Assembly (NCBI GenBank): GCA_963700635.1
Contig: CAVOYH010000005.1
Location: 96,001-160,000, forward strand
Length of the DNA stretch: 64,000 nt
From: an uncultured Bacteroidota bacterium
GTDB lineage: Bacteria; Bacteroidota; Ignavibacteria; UBA10030; UBA6906
Direction: 5' to 3'
Shown: positions 51,785-60,044 of the stretch, in pieces
How positions within the stretch are numbered: the first letter of the stretch is position 1
Layout: the number at the start of each line of letters is the position of its first letter
Notes under the pieces: generated by a model
Seen by the model: the letters and a program-made list of their open reading frames with translations, nothing else
Database searches by the model: none
What the model was told of the DNA's origin: nothing
Translations under genes and position numbers: made by a program

Positions 51785-53077
51785 ATGGAGCAGCGGATGA
51801 GAAAATGGACTCAGATGTTCTTCTTTGGGATCCTGATCTTCACCTGTTCAGCTTCAGCCCAACAATGGGTTGGGCAAATCGGCGGTGTAAGCACGGCGTT
51901 GTTTTCCGTACAGTTTATTGATTCCCTCCGCGGCTGGGCGGTTGGTGACAGCGGCATGGTTCTTCACACATGCACCGCCGGACAACAATGGACACAGCAA
52001 CTCTCAGGGGTGAACTCGGTCCTCCGAAAGGTGTTCTTTGTCGACTCCCTCTCCGGCTGGGCAGTTGGCAGCAGAGGTGTTGTTATCTACACAAAGGATG
52101 GCGGAAATACGTGGCGACAAAAGGCGATGAGCCCGAACCCTCCATATTGGGATGTTCATTTCGCGGACTCTCTTCACGGATGGATTGTTGGTGGTACTGA
52201 AACCTTTGATGGCGTTTTTGGAGTCATCTTTAGAACCACGGATGGTGGTTCGACGTGGACGGAAACAATCGCCAATGATGCCGGGGGTTTTCAAGGAGTC
52301 TTTTTTCTGGACTCACTCAGGGGTTGGGTTGTCGGTGGGAAGCGACTCTTTGACAACTTTGATCCTGACATTGTTCTTCACACGACAAACGGAGGGAACT
52401 CATGGCAGGAGCAACACACGCCAACTGATGGCCCGCTGTATCGCGTAGAATTCTCTGATTCATTGAATGGATGGGCAGGAGGATTCTCCAATCCTGGCGG
52501 CACAGTTGCGCTCCACACAACAGACGGTGGAACAACGTGGCTAGTGGTGTCATTCCAACCGGGGCCAATCGTAACCAATGAAGGTATCCTGGATATTGAA
52601 GTGACTGGGAACGATGTTGTGTGGCTTGTCCGTGTTAATTCTGTCCATCGTACGATGAATGAGGGGGCCTTGTGGCAGGAAATCAATCCGTCCGAACCAA
52701 GTGGCACGCTGGCCATTTCATTCTCTGATGGGCGTCATGGCTGGCTGGTGGGGGGGGTGGGTCATATCTGGAAGTACTCGAATCCAAGTACCGGTGTCAT
52801 CGAGGCGATTGGCGCACCTCAAGATGGGTCTCTCAGTATTTTCCCCAATCCCACAAACGGTCAGGTGACGATTCAATTTCAATCAAGGGGATCCGACCAG
52901 ACAGTTATCGAGATATATTCCCTCGTTGGACAAAGAGTCTTCCACACCTACAGGGATTCTCACACTGGTGTCAATACTGTTGTTCTCGACCCTTCAATGT
53001 TGGGCAGCGGAGTATATTTCGCCAGAGTATGGGGACGGGATAGAATACAGTGGGGAAGATTCATCATCAATAAATAG
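51785..53077 (+). CDS. YCF48-like/BNR-repeat beta-propeller protein with a T9SS C-terminal sorting domain
   Basis: Signal peptide, repeated F.DSL.GW.VG and T.DGG.TW motifs; FPNPT...IYSLVGQ...SGVYF CTD. Confidence 0.88.
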   Translation: MEQRMRKWTQMFFFGILIFTCSASAQQWVGQIGGVSTALFSVQFIDSLRGWAVGDSGMVLHTCTAGQQWTQQLSGVNSVLRKVFFVDSLSGWAVGSRGVVIYTKDGGNTWRQKAMSPNPPYWDVHFADSLHGWIVGGTETFDGVFGVIFRTTDGGSTWTETIANDAGGFQGVFFLDSLRGWVVGGKRLFDNFDPDIVLHTTNGGNSWQEQHTPTDGPLYRVEFSDSLNGWAGGFSNPGGTVALHTTDGGTTWLVVSFQPGPIVTNEGILDIEVTGNDVVWLVRVNSVHRTMNEGALWQEINPSEPSGTLAISFSDGRHGWLVGGVGHIWKYSNPSTGVIEAIGAPQDGSLSIFPNPTNGQVTIQFQSRGSDQTVIEIYSLVGQRVFHTYRDSHTGVNTVVLDPSMLGSGVYFARVWGRDRIQWGRFIINK

Positions 53078-53173
53078 AATCAAACTAGACGGAGGATCCT
53101 ATTGACCTGACCCCCGAAACTCGGTCCAAGATTTTGTAGACAAAAATGTTATCTTGGACCAGAAGGAGGGCAT

Positions 53174-53452
53174 ATGGGTAAGCAACGGCACACGGCAGAG
53201 CAGATTATTGCAAAGTTGCGAGAGGCGGAGGTCCTCCAGGGCAAAGGGATGTTGCTGGAGGAGGTCCTGCGGCAGATCGGGATCAGTGACGCGACGTACT
53301 ACAAGTGGCGGAAAGAGTACGGAGGGTTACGGGTCGACCAGGCGAAGCGGCTCAAGGAGCTCGAGCACGAGAACAGCCGCCTGAAGAAGGCAGTGGCCGA
53401 TCTGACGTTGGATAACATGATCCTGAAGGAAGTCAGCCGGGGAAAATATTGA
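53174..53452 (+). CDS. IS3 transposase OrfA (HTH)
   Basis: HTAEQII.KLR, TYYKWRKEYGG, KRLKELE.EN.RLKK; AAGGAGG SD. Confidence 0.92.
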   Translation: MGKQRHTAEQIIAKLREAEVLQGKGMLLEEVLRQIGISDATYYKWRKEYGGLRVDQAKRLKELEHENSRLKKAVADLTLDNMILKEVSRGKY

Positions 53453-53474
53453 GCCCGGCCAAACGGCGCCGGGC
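53440..53474 (+). other. programmed -1 frameshift signal: G_GGA_AAA plus a GCCCGGC/GCCGGGC hairpin
   Basis: X_XXY_YYZ heptamer in the orfA frame at the orfA/orfB overlap, with a stimulatory stem 5 nt downstream. Confidence 0.8.
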
Positions 53475-54295
53475 AGCAGTTCAGGTTCAGTCAGTACTCC
53501 AGGTGTCAGAACGACGTGTCTGTCGTGCCATGGACCACCCCAGATCAACGCAGAGACGAAACCCGGTGGTCAAGTCCGATGAGGAGGCTCTGCGAAAGGA
53601 AATTGTCAAGACGGCATGTGCCTACGGGCGGTATGGGTATCGTAGGGTAACGGCACTGTTGCGGAACGGTGGGTGGAGGGTAAATCATAAGCGGGTTGAG
53701 CGGATATGGCGTCAGGAAGGGCTGAAAGTGCCCAAGCGGCAGCCCAAACGGAGAAGGTTGTGGTTGAATGATGGTTCCTGTATCCGGCTGCGACCCGAGT
53801 ATCCAAACCACGTCTGGAGCTATGATTTTGTGGCTGAGCGGACCACTGACGGAAGACCACTGCGGATGTTGAACATCATGGATGAATACACGCGGGAATG
53901 CCTCAGAATCCACATTGGACGGCAGGTCAAGGCGACAGATGTAATCTATGAATTATCTGAACTCTTCATCGAACGTGGAGCGCCGGACTACCTTAGGTCA
54001 GACAACGGATCAGAGTTTACGGCAGATCTGATTCGGGAATGGCTCGGGCGGCTCGGTGTCAAGACACTGTTCATCGAACCGGGGAGTCCCGTGGGAAAAC
54101 GGGTACATCGAGTCATTCAACGGTAAACTCAGAGACGAGCTGCTCAACGGGGAGATCTTTGACACGATCCTGGAAGCGAGAGTAGTAGCGGAGGACTGGA
54201 GGCGGCTCTACAACACAATCAGGCCACACAGCTCACTGGGCTATCGAGCACCGGCACCGGAAGCACACTCCCTACACCAGGTCGCCAATGCCTGA
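53449..54295 (+). pseudogene. IS3 transposase OrfB (rve integrase) with an extra +1 frameshift at about 54081-54090
   Basis: YGYRR, WSYDF and RSDNG.EF in one frame; PWENGYIESFNGKLRDE and RPHSSLGY in the next frame. Confidence 0.82.
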
Positions 54296-54359
54296 GACAG
54301 GGAAAAAACGAACTCAACATTGGTACACGAACCGGGGGCAGGTCATTAGGAGATGATGC

Positions 54360-55121
54360 GTGCAGCCTCCTATGCAAGACACGAACGCCGAAATCAAGCT
54401 CCTGTTGGGGGCACACACGCTGAGTTCGTTTGGCAGGCGGTGTGCGGTCTTGTTGGGGGTTCTGCTCGCCATGCAATTGTCATGTAAGGATGTTGGTCTC
54501 CCTCCCGATGAGAAGAATGGTCACAATTCCCCCGAGTGCCTGAGTGATCGATACCCCATTGACACAACAAGAGTCTACCTCTTTCCACTCTCGCGAGACA
54601 CGCTCACGATCTATCCCAAGGCCATCTTCGCGCGTTTCCACCCCTGGGTAAGTGATACTTCACGGATCGTGGCGCTGGCTGCGAAGCACAACCTTCGGCT
54701 TCTACGGTATCTTTTCATGCTCGACGGCCAATTCGCCGGAGTCTTTTGTGTGACCGATGGCAGAAGGGCGGAGTACCATTTCACCCCGTGGGGAAAGCAA
54801 CCGTGGGACAACTTTGGTGCGGATTCATTGGTCGAGCACTGCTTTGGGACCTTTGATTCAGGGTACCATATTCCATACGGGACAATTGTCTTTCAGTTCG
54901 TCGATGGGACACCATCTAGCACAATCGACAGTTTGTTTGTCGCGAATGGATTACGCTTTCTATATACTGGAAATCCTACAGGTGAGCTCTATTATACACT
55001 TGTCACTCCTCGTGCAGTGAATAATCCGCTTGATTTGGCCTGCAAGTTACAATCATTGTCGTTTGTACGCTACATTAACGCTGAAATCGCCTCAGCAATG
55101 TCACCTGTTAGATGTGAGTGA
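54360..55121 (+). CDS. hypothetical lipoprotein
   Basis: RR + hydrophobic stretch + QLSC lipobox; two similar small alpha/beta repeats; start uncertain. Confidence 0.6.
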   Translation: MQPPMQDTNAEIKLLLGAHTLSSFGRRCAVLLGVLLAMQLSCKDVGLPPDEKNGHNSPECLSDRYPIDTTRVYLFPLSRDTLTIYPKAIFARFHPWVSDTSRIVALAAKHNLRLLRYLFMLDGQFAGVFCVTDGRRAEYHFTPWGKQPWDNFGADSLVEHCFGTFDSGYHIPYGTIVFQFVDGTPSSTIDSLFVANGLRFLYTGNPTGELYYTLVTPRAVNNPLDLACKLQSLSFVRYINAEIASAMSPVRCE

Positions 55122-55409
55122 AGCATTCTCGATTTTGAGATGGAGGTTGTGGCAAGTTTGCTCTGACACCTGAGCAAAAGAGATCCCAGCGGTGACAACG
55201 AAACATGTTGGACAGACGCTGACGCAGCGGCGCTCTACCAGAGCTTCCGTGAGTCTTTCACGAATTGTCAAGTCCAGCGAAACGTGCGAGTTGAACAGCT
55301 GATTGTGCAACGAGGCTGTTTTGCCAGCGAGTGTGTACGCTTCGCCGTTGCGGTTGTTCTTTGGTCAGTGAGAGGACAAACCCTCATCTGACTTGATGAG
55401 GGACTGGAT

Positions 55410-55943
55410 TCACGGGCGTTTGTCCGGCGGCGGCCCGCCCATGCCCGGCGGTGGGACGCCCCGCCCATCTTGGAGGGGGTGTGGGAGCGATAACTCCTGC
55501 AGCACCTGCTGCATGATCCGATCAAACTTCGCGGACTGCTGCTCAGCGCATATTCCCTTAATCTCCTGAAAATGTCTCAGCGTTACCAGACCGAGCTCTG
55601 ACTCGTGCCGCCCGATTTCTCTCGCCTTTGCCGTGACGAGACTGTCTGATACGCTCGGTCTTTGCACGAGCGCGAAGAAATCCCTCTTGGCATTCCTCAA
55701 TTGTTCCAGGATCTCCCGGCTTGTGCGCTGATGTGACAAGACGAGTTGATCAAACTGCTTCTGCTGTTCAGGTGAGAATTGTAATTCTTTCGCGATAAAT
55801 TCCTTCGGACTTACATCGGGCTTAGGAGGCACATCAGTCTGCCGATCTACCATCCACCAGAGCGTTCCCAGGGTCACAAGATCGATTACGATGAGCACGG
55901 CGATGATGCCGAGCAATACCTTATTCTTTCCGAAGTAGTCCAT
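55410..55943 (-). CDS. Spy/CpxP-like periplasmic (heavy-metal sensor-type) protein
   Basis: N-terminal TM, ELQFSPEQQKQF (LTxxQ-like), HF.EIK.IC..QQ..KF, Pro/Gly tail. Confidence 0.8.
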   Translation of the reverse strand: MDYFGKNKVLLGIIAVLIVIDLVTLGTLWWMVDRQTDVPPKPDVSPKEFIAKELQFSPEQQKQFDQLVLSHQRTSREILEQLRNAKRDFFALVQRPSVSDSLVTAKAREIGRHESELGLVTLRHFQEIKGICAEQQSAKFDRIMQQVLQELSLPHPLQDGRGVPPPGMGGPPPDKRP

Positions 55944-55958
55944 AGAGAGTTCTCTTCT

Positions 55959-56270
55959 TTAATAGCTGTATCCGTTTGCGGTCAAGTGATATTCAGCGAC
56001 AATGCTCTGGACCGGATCTGCATTCTCCTGCATGGAAGCATGCGAACGAATTTCAACCAAGGAAAAGACATTGCCAATAATCAACAGGAGCAGCCCGGCA
56101 AGCGCCAAGCGATACGCCCGCGGCGTGAACGCCGGACGTTCGTCCCGCTGTTCCGCAATGCGCCGCATCACTTTATCGGCGAGATACGGGTTCGATTGAA
56201 CCCGGTTGATCTTCGTAAACAGGTTGAGTGTGCGTTCTGCTTCTTCATCATATTTGTCGAGAGGGTTCAT
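55959..56270 (-). CDS. putative single-TM anti-sigma factor
   Basis: NPYL..KVM.RI cytoplasmic helix and one TM; directly downstream of the ECF sigma gene. Confidence 0.72.
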   Translation of the reverse strand: MNPLDKYDEEAERTLNLFTKINRVQSNPYLADKVMRRIAEQRDERPAFTPRAYRLALAGLLLLIIGNVFSLVEIRSHASMQENADPVQSIVAEYHLTANGYSY

Positions 56271-56277
56271 ATCCGCC

Positions 56278-56910
56278 TCACAAATTGTTTTTGTAAAAAT
56301 CGAAAAGCCTCTTTTTCAGCGTCGACCGGGCCCGGAAAATGAGCGACTCGACGGACGACACGCTCACCGACATCATGTCCCCGATCTCTTTGTGACTTAA
56401 TCCTTCCACCAAGTGCATCGTCAATGCAATACGTTGGTTGTCGGGAAGCTTGTCAATGTGCCGGAACAAGACTTGCGCACGCTCCTTGTCTTCCATTTGC
56501 ACACCCGGATGGGAAAACTCGTCGGCAACATCAATGTCTTCCCCCTCTGCGCCTACAAGCGACTGCAAAAAGCCGAACCGCTTTTTCCGCTTCTTCCAGC
56601 GCAAATGGTCAAGCGACTTCGTTACTGCAATGCGATAGACCCACGTTGACAACTGTGAGTCGCCGCGAAACGACGCAAGCGAATGATGTACTTCGAGAAA
56701 CACTTCCTGGGTCACATCTTCCGCATCTTCTTTGTTGTGAAGAAATCCCAGACACGTATTGAAGACACGGTCTTGATTGTGTCCCATCCAGCTTCGGAAC
56801 ACTGCGTCTTTCTCCCTAAGGGACGTGCCGGATTTAACAATCTCAACGAGATTGCTGTCTTCAGCTGAGGCCTGTGGCGGTCCCTGATGATGTGACGTTA
56901 TCGGAGTCAA
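56278..56910 (-). CDS. ECF (sigma-70 family) RNA polymerase sigma factor
   Basis: DAEDVTQEVF, FRG.SQLSTWVYRIA (region 2), LP..QR.A...EGLSHKEI..SVESLIFRAR (region 4); start codon uncertain. Confidence 0.93.
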   Translation of the reverse strand: MTPITSHHQGPPQASAEDSNLVEIVKSGTSLREKDAVFRSWMGHNQDRVFNTCLGFLHNKEDAEDVTQEVFLEVHHSLASFRGDSQLSTWVYRIAVTKSLDHLRWKKRKKRFGFLQSLVGAEGEDIDVADEFSHPGVQMEDKERAQVLFRHIDKLPDNQRIALTMHLVEGLSHKEIGDMMSVSVSSVESLIFRARSTLKKRLFDFYKNNL

Positions 56911-56920
56911 AATCTTGCGC
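56891..56920 (-). promoter_or_regulatory. putative ECF promoter, copy 1 (GCGCAAG-N16-CGTCACA)
   Basis: Same boxes and spacing as the copies at 57049 and 59839; overlaps the predicted TTG start of the sigma gene. Confidence 0.6.
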
Positions 56921-57048
56921 TGACGGATCTATGATTGCACAATGATAGTGTTTTCGACGGATATGTTGCCACCTCACTACGCATTTAGGGCCAAAACCAT
57001 GAAAAAAGGCATTAAAAAGTCACTCTGAGAAGAAATTGGCTTCCGGGA

Positions 57049-57078
57049 GCGCTGGATTTTACCCGGAATAGCGTCTTA
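57049..57078 (+). promoter_or_regulatory. putative ECF promoter, copy 2 (GCGCTGG-N16-CGTCTTA)
   Basis: About 120 nt upstream of the ferredoxin gene; CGTC is typical of ECF -10 boxes. Confidence 0.65.
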
Positions 57079-57101
57079 AGTAATAGCATCCGCCGGCAGG
57101 T

Positions 57102-57163
57102 AATTGTTGACTCATCGCGTTCACCGGGAACCCGATAAGGCCGCAAGGTTTCTCTCAATTGAT
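57102..57163 (+). ncRNA. candidate cis-regulatory structured leader
   Basis: TAATTG/CAATTG closing stem, ATCG-GTTC/GAAC-CGAT arm and a GGCC-GCAA-GGTT tetraloop hairpin in the 5' UTR. Confidence 0.35.
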
Positions 57164-57197
57164 CGTCAAAAGTAATACGAGATGAAGAACGGAGATT

Positions 57198-57416
57198 GTG
57201 ATGTCAATTAAGAGTATTGATGGATGCATTGGATGTGGGACATGTATACAAACATGTCCTACAGATGTTATTCGTTTCGATCCAAATTCGAAAAAAGCAA
57301 TGATACAGTATCCGGAAGATTGTCAGATATGCCACTTGTGCCGTATGTATTGCCCGGTTGATGCCATCACTATTTCACCGGAGAAATCCATTCCGGTCAT
57401 AGTGTCATGGGGATAA
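57198..57416 (+). CDS. 2x[4Fe-4S] ferredoxin (AprB-like), no signal peptide
   Basis: CIGCGTCIQTCP and CQICHLCRMYCP motifs; GGAG SD. Confidence 0.92.
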   Translation: MMSIKSIDGCIGCGTCIQTCPTDVIRFDPNSKKAMIQYPEDCQICHLCRMYCPVDAITISPEKSIPVIVSWG

Positions 57417-57420
57417 GATA

Positions 57421-58071
57421 ATGAATAAAGATTCAAAAATGGAATATCTGATTCCAGCAACAGGAATCCTTATCGGTCTGCCCGTGCTGTTTTGGGCATT
57501 AGGAGACTTTCCCCGTCGAACCGTTCTCAAGGAATCTCTTTCACTCCTCTTCATTCTGTCGTTTTCTCTGATGCTTGGACAGTTTTTTCTTGGCCGGGGT
57601 AACAGAAATATTGTCATGAGATTCAAAATGAGTACGGTTCTCAGATATCATAAGGTCATTGCGTATACCATTGTTGGTGTATTCTTGATGCATCCCTTTC
57701 TTATCGTGTTTCCCAGGTATTTTGAATCTGGAATTACCCCCATGGAGGCATTCACGACCATGATTACAACATATGAAAGCCTTGGTATAGTGTTCGGACT
57801 CAGTGCATGGTTCCTGTTGCTTGTGTTGGGATTAACATCTCTCCTCCGCAATAAGCTTCCACTGAAGTACAACCATTGGAGAGTCTTTCACGGCATTGTG
57901 TCTATGCTCTTTATATCAGTTGCCACGTATCATGCAATTGACCTTGGCCGTCACACAAATCTGGCTCTGTCCATGTACATGATTGTCCTGGCTGTGAGCG
58001 GAATACTGCTGCTGGTGAAGACCTATATCGTCAAACCATCGAAGGTAGGGAGTGGACATGGCCTTGAATAA
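57421..58071 (+). CDS. ferric-reductase-like transmembrane (putative di-heme b) subunit
   Basis: About 6 TM helices with two His pairs (YHK...MHP; FHG...YHA) and an LRNKL..KY..WR..H motif; no FAD/NAD domain. Confidence 0.82.
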   Translation: MNKDSKMEYLIPATGILIGLPVLFWALGDFPRRTVLKESLSLLFILSFSLMLGQFFLGRGNRNIVMRFKMSTVLRYHKVIAYTIVGVFLMHPFLIVFPRYFESGITPMEAFTTMITTYESLGIVFGLSAWFLLLVLGLTSLLRNKLPLKYNHWRVFHGIVSMLFISVATYHAIDLGRHTNLALSMYMIVLAVSGILLLVKTYIVKPSKVGSGHGLE

Positions 58072-59821
58072 GAGTAAAGACACGCACGGTTTATCCAGGC
58101 GTCAGTTCATAGCGCTTTCTGGTGGTGCGGCAGGTTTTGCGACCCTTGTTGCAATGGGTGTACCGGCAGGGTGGGCGGAAAATGAACCGGATGTTGACGT
58201 GGACGCGATGAACACAAAAGAACATAGAACAGATGTACTCGTTATCGGCGGAGGAATGGCAGGATTGTTTGCGGCAGTAAAGGCTCACGATGCGGGATCC
58301 ACAGTGATGCTCGTTTCCAAAGGTCGCCTGGGCTCGTCGGGGATGACTCCGTTTGCCAAAGGAATATTCACGTACGATCCCGTGACTGAAAAACTTAGCC
58401 TTAATGAATTTGTTGATACTGTATCCCGCTCGGCCTTAGGGACCAACAATGCGGTTTATACCAGGCAAATGGCCGAACATTCGCTGGCGCGGGTACATGA
58501 GCTACGGGAATGGGGATTTTTTGATTCACCTCTTTACAATAATTCCTTTAGCAAGCCCATTACTGACCGAAAAATCCCTGTGATGGAGAGGATTGTAATT
58601 ACACATCTCATCAAAGAAGAAGGCAGGATTGCAGGTGCTGCAGGTTTTAGCCTCGATGAATCGAGGGTTCACATCTTCAATGCGAAGAGTGTTATTCTCT
58701 GTACGGGTGCAGGTGGTTTTAAACCTAATGGCTTTCCCATCTGTGATCTGACACATGACGGCACGATTATGGCGTACAACATCGGAGCAAAAGTCACAGG
58801 CAAAGAATGGAACGACGGCCATCCGGGTCAGGCAACGAATGCCGCGGATTGTTTCGGCGGTTGGCATGGCATGTTTGAGCGAACACCAGGAACAACCGGA
58901 GTTGAGGTCCATCACGATTTGGGCGTTGATCTGAATTACAAGGCATATATTGCCGGAAACCCGGTTGAAATGGGGCGTCCGGGGCAGGGCGATGAAAATC
59001 AGGTGCAAGGCGGCCCGTATGTTCCGGCTGAATTTAGACGAAGCGGACCTCCCCCAGGGGGAAGAAATAACGGCGATGGAGGAGAAAGACCCAGAGACGG
59101 TGGTGCGCCTCCTGGAATGCGTGGAGTTCCTGTGGGTGGATCTTCTGCCGGAATGTCTATTCACAAATCGGAAGGAATTGTACCGATTAATGACAAATGC
59201 GAATCGACTATTCCAGGTTTATATGCTGCTGGTGATTCGCTGGGATCCTATATGGCAGGAGCTATTTATACCCAGGTAGGATCTTCATTGGCGGGCTCTG
59301 CCGTCCAGGGTGCTATAGCGGCAGAGGCTGCGGCTGAATATTGTAAAAACACTGAAGCAGCGACTATTTCAACTTCCCAAATCAATAGAATAGAAGAAGA
59401 GATTCTCGCTCCATTGAAAAGGGAAGCTGGGTACAGTCCCGCCTGGGTAACTCAAACATTACAGAGCGTAATGATTCCTAACTTTGTCCTCTACATCAAA
59501 AAAGAGAACATGCTCAAAGCAGCGTTATCGTACGTTGAAGAGTTGAGGGATCACCACATGCCTTTACTGAGAGCCTCCGATATGCATGAGCTACGATTAG
59601 CCCATGAAACCAGGAACATGATTACAACCGCAGAAATGAAACTTAAAGCTTCACTTATGCGAAAAGAGAGCCGCTGTAGTCATTACCGACTCGATTATCC
59701 CGATGTAGACAATACCAATTGGGAAGCGTGGATCAACATCTACAAAGATGCTGATGGTACTATGCAATTTGAAAAGCAAGCGTTTGACACCTGGCCGGAT
59801 GGTAAGAAACTCATTATCTGA
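58058..59821 (+). CDS. Tat-exported FAD-dependent oxidoreductase of the SdhA/FrdA/AprA/NadB superfamily
   Basis: SRRQFI Tat signal, DVLVIGGGMAG, AKSVILCTG.GG, PGLYAAGD, RKESRCSHYRLDYP C-terminal domain. Confidence 0.88.
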   Translation: MALNKSKDTHGLSRRQFIALSGGAAGFATLVAMGVPAGWAENEPDVDVDAMNTKEHRTDVLVIGGGMAGLFAAVKAHDAGSTVMLVSKGRLGSSGMTPFAKGIFTYDPVTEKLSLNEFVDTVSRSALGTNNAVYTRQMAEHSLARVHELREWGFFDSPLYNNSFSKPITDRKIPVMERIVITHLIKEEGRIAGAAGFSLDESRVHIFNAKSVILCTGAGGFKPNGFPICDLTHDGTIMAYNIGAKVTGKEWNDGHPGQATNAADCFGGWHGMFERTPGTTGVEVHHDLGVDLNYKAYIAGNPVEMGRPGQGDENQVQGGPYVPAEFRRSGPPPGGRNNGDGGERPRDGGAPPGMRGVPVGGSSAGMSIHKSEGIVPINDKCESTIPGLYAAGDSLGSYMAGAIYTQVGSSLAGSAVQGAIAAEAAAEYCKNTEAATISTSQINRIEEEILAPLKREAGYSPAWVTQTLQSVMIPNFVLYIKKENMLKAALSYVEELRDHHMPLLRASDMHELRLAHETRNMITTAEMKLKASLMRKESRCSHYRLDYPDVDNTNWEAWINIYKDADGTMQFEKQAFDTWPDGKKLII

Positions 59822-59838
59822 ATTGCATGAGAATATCT

Positions 59839-59868
59839 GCGCAAGGTATTTGCCATATCATCGTCTTA
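59839..59868 (+). promoter_or_regulatory. putative ECF promoter, copy 3 (GCGCAAG-N16-CGTCTTA)
   Basis: Upstream of the CotH gene; same boxes and spacing as copies 1 and 2. Confidence 0.65.
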
Positions 59869-60044
59869 CATAAGTGAACACGCTGACCAACGCCCGCCGG
59901 GGGGAAAGTGATTGTGATGCCAACGGACTCACAATTCCGCACTCGCTCAATTGTGATTCTGACAATGTATCGGGGCGAATGCGGCGACACGTTGTATTCG
60001 ACTACACAGAATCCATGTGCCTTCAACCAACTAAAGAGGATCCA

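Larger units (their letters stand above)
53103..54345 (+). mobile_element. IS3-family insertion sequence (IS407-group-like)
   Basis: Imperfect terminal IRs TGACCTGACCCCCG.../...CCGGGGGCAGGTCA; orfA/orfB layout; DDE integrase core. Confidence 0.93.

Noticed and set aside
54081-54090. Second programmed frameshift in IS orfB
   Set aside because: It is a +1 break inside the conserved PGSPWENG motif at a short homopolymer with no stimulator, so an error or inactivating mutation is more likely
55120-55410. Integron attC site (GTTGGAC, GTTAGAT heptamers)
   Set aside because: No matching RYYYAAC inverse core with a paired stem was found, and there is no integron integrase in the window
57198-59821. 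Canonical dissimilatory APS reductase (aprBA) or fumarate reductase
   Set aside because: Tat signal, shortened capping region, missing HGANRL Arg, short ferredoxin without the AprB tail, and no sat, qmo or sdhB neighbours
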